29,281 bases of DNA from Promethearchaeota archaeon (GTDB taxonomy: Archaea > Asgardarchaeota > Lokiarchaeia > Sigyniarchaeales > SOKP01): the NCBI GenBank assembly GCA_048938895.1, contig JBHLLU010000049.1, positions 1-29,281 on the forward strand, given 5' to 3'. Positions 27,157 to 29,281 of the stretch are shown piece by piece. The stretch's first letter is position 1; every line of letters begins with the position of its first letter. Made by a program: the position numbers and the translations under genes. Under the pieces are notes generated by a model. The model did not search any database. It had not been told where the DNA came from and worked only from the letters and a program-made list of their open reading frames with translations.

Positions 27157-27299
27157 TTCTTCACCTTTGAATAAATATAAACAATAATTTGATTAAGGTA
27201 TTTTTTTGTTAACTAATACATGCCAATTGACTTTAATATTATTATTTCACATAAACCGGACTTTTATTATAACTTCTAAATTAATAAAAAAAAAATTAA

Positions 27300-28433
27300 T
27301 TATCGAATTCTACGTTTTCTGAGGAGTGAAACTGCTATTCCTGCTACTCCGACAACTGAAATTGCTCCTGTTGTAATAATAATTGGGAGTTTTCCCTTAA
27401 CTGGTATTCCTATATAAATTCCAACTTTTGGATCGTGGTATATATGTGTTCCTCGTGGATAGCAGATAAATAAGACTTGATGAAACTCATCTTCATAATC
27501 TAATTCTCTTGTTAAGACTGCCATCTCAACACCATCAATTAGAGCGGTTTCCTTCCAGCTAAAAAATCCAGAGTATTTTGCAGTTTTAATAGCTACATCT
27601 TTTTCATCAGTCGCATATCCTTCTTTTTCGTTTGAAGTTTCTTCATTCTTTTGATATTTTTCCTCAGCCCATAATTTAGCCATTAAAGCTAACTGAGAGT
27701 TATCGTCTTGGTACTCATAATTTGTGATTTCTATGTCAATCTTTACTTCAGTGGGAGATATTAAAGTCTCATCAACATATACAAATTCTTCTACAAGGTA
27801 GATGTGTGCTGCAAATACACCATCAGTTGTATTAAATAGAAGATAATGCAAATTTGTATCATTCGAAATGCTAATGAGACTATAATCTATAGGTTGGAAT
27901 GAGTGAAATCCATAATCAGAGATAATTTCATCATTTTCTTCATCTAAAACCCCATCTCCATTTAAATCAATGAATTCGATGAGTCCTTTAAACAATACCT
28001 CAAAAACCAGTTTATATTCCACCATCTCCTCACAATAATCTCCACCTGCGGGAACAATTCCTTCTTCACATTCAGGGCATTCTTCCTCTACTGGTGTTTC
28101 ATATTTAGTTGTAAAAGTCCCATAAGAAACACGAATGGATAAACCATAATCGTTATATCCCACCCTTAGGTCTATGATATCTTTCTTATTTTCAGATCGT
28201 TTAATAGAGGCTACTTCGACAACGGATTCTCCTATCCATATTTCAATGTCTCTTTTATTTTCATCCTCAACAGTATCATCTACTCCATCTTGATCATCGT
28301 CAGGGTACTCATCCTCACCTGTTTCTCCTTCTCCATCACTGCCTTCCTCAAACCCATAACTATAACTATTGCTAACAAATAGAATTCCTATAACAAAAAT
28401 CCCTAACAGTACATATTTTGTTTTCATTTTCAT
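27300..28433 (-). CDS. acidic single-pass surface protein with a C-terminal TM anchor and basic tail
   Basis: Signal peptide, DDDQDGVDD, LIEFIDLNGDG, P..VKIDIEI.NY.Y, GFFSWKETA.IDG, I.HDPK.G, terminal TM plus RKRRIR; T10 terminator (A-run 27286-27295). Confidence 0.85.
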   Translation of the reverse strand: MKMKTKYVLLGIFVIGILFVSNSYSYGFEEGSDGEGETGEDEYPDDDQDGVDDTVEDENKRDIEIWIGESVVEVASIKRSENKKDIIDLRVGYNDYGLSIRVSYGTFTTKYETPVEEECPECEEGIVPAGGDYCEEMVEYKLVFEVLFKGLIEFIDLNGDGVLDEENDEIISDYGFHSFQPIDYSLISISNDTNLHYLLFNTTDGVFAAHIYLVEEFVYVDETLISPTEVKIDIEITNYEYQDDNSQLALMAKLWAEEKYQKNEETSNEKEGYATDEKDVAIKTAKYSGFFSWKETALIDGVEMAVLTRELDYEDEFHQVLFICYPRGTHIYHDPKVGIYIGIPVKGKLPIIITTGAISVVGVAGIAVSLLRKRRIR

Positions 28434-28911
28434 CCTTTTCTTGGATACTTTTTCTATATATATTTAGGTTGTATTAGTAATTCCCAAGAAGGTATTTAAA
28501 TAGCTATTTGTGTTTTGTGAAGTATTCAAATTCTGAAAGATAACTTTGGATGAATAGCCATTCATATTAAATGAATTTGTCGTTTAATTATAAGTTTCTT
28601 GGATATCTGTATTGATTATCATGTATATAATACTTTAATTAACTAGATCTGATTAGATATTGCAAAAGTTAAGAAAGTTTAAAGATCATTTGATTATTAC
28701 TTCAAATAAGAAGGTTAAATTCTTTTTTTCCTCTCATTTATTCTGACCTCTTATTTTAAAATATATGACTATTGGAATTTTAAAAAAAAGAGAAATTCAT
28801 TAAGATCATTAAATAGTAGAAGTTCAATACCTCAAAAAATAACAAGACTAGTTTAAATATTACACTATGAGTTAGATAAATATAATTTAGAGATTAAATG
28901 GTGATTATTGA

Positions 28912-29181
28912 ATGGAAATATTTAAGATGAGGGGATATGAAATTCATTTGACAGTAAAAATACCGCATTTATATGAGGATACTCCAACTTATTCTTTTCA
29001 ATTCCTAGTGTTTAATAAAAAAGGAAAACTAATGAACTATCCATTTAGTTGTATCATCGCTCATAATGATGAAGAATTTAAATCAGAACTCGATAAGTAT
29101 TTTGAGAAATATATTACTTATACTAAAGTTAAAACATATCCTCGATCAAAATTCCTAGAAATGATGGTAAACAGCAGTTAA
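28912..29181 (+). CDS. small hypothetical protein
   Basis: 89-aa ORF with GGTGA RBS at about 28900; no recognised motif. Confidence 0.6.
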   Translation: MEIFKMRGYEIHLTVKIPHLYEDTPTYSFQFLVFNKKGKLMNYPFSCIIAHNDEEFKSELDKYFEKYITYTKVKTYPRSKFLEMMVNSS

Positions 29182-29200
29182 ACCAGTGTTAGAGAATTTT

Positions 29201-29281
29201 TTATATTCCAATATCTCTTTCTGGTAAACTAGGAATATTTCTAAACCAATTACTAACTGTGTATGACAAGATTTTATAGAT
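29201..29281 (-). CDS. possible 3' end of a gene entering from the right edge
   Basis: Frame is open from the edge: IYKILSYTVSNWFRNIPSLPERDIGI*; converges on the 28912 gene. Confidence 0.3.
   Translation of the reverse strand: MYKILSYTVSNWFRNIPSLPERDIGI

Noticed and set aside
28434-28911. 478-bp AT-rich gap with a repeated TTTCTTGGATA as a possible ncRNA, origin or hidden gene
   Set aside because: No convincing ORF, ORB-like G-string or stable structure seen; consistent with a divergent promoter region.
1-29281. tRNA, rRNA, transposase, integrase or provirus
   Set aside because: No GC-rich structured RNA segment, cloverleaf, terminal inverted repeats or recombinase motifs detected by eye.

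Overview
AT-rich archaeal DNA with poly-T terminators, BRE/TATA promoters and GGTGA/GAGGAG ribosome-binding sites. The gene content points to an Asgard archaeon of the Lokiarchaeia type: a roadblock/LC7 protein, a Rab-like small GTPase, a large membrane protein with a longin-like cytoplasmic tail, and Loki-style paralogous domains. There are about 28 coding regions, mostly unlinked housekeeping, metabolic or surface genes. I found no rRNA, tRNA, CRISPR array or mobile element. Highlights: (1) an unannotated stand-alone 31-aa Lys/Ala/Pro-only peptide gene (21057-21152) resembling a histone H1 C-terminal tail, with its own promoter, RBS and terminator; (2) two paralogous surface proteins whose motif order recalls the eukaryotic lysosomal protein GLMP/NCU-G1, one with a cytoplasmic tail and directly followed by a winged-helix regulator, suggesting a transmembrane signalling module; (3) a BpsA-like plus SpeE polyamine operon abutting an arginase-fold UPF0489 gene; (4) a membrane protein with an extremely Arg-rich amphipathic repeat; (5) a shared 16-bp operator between a wHTH gene and a roadblock operon. 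All family calls are from motif recognition by eye; no searches were run.
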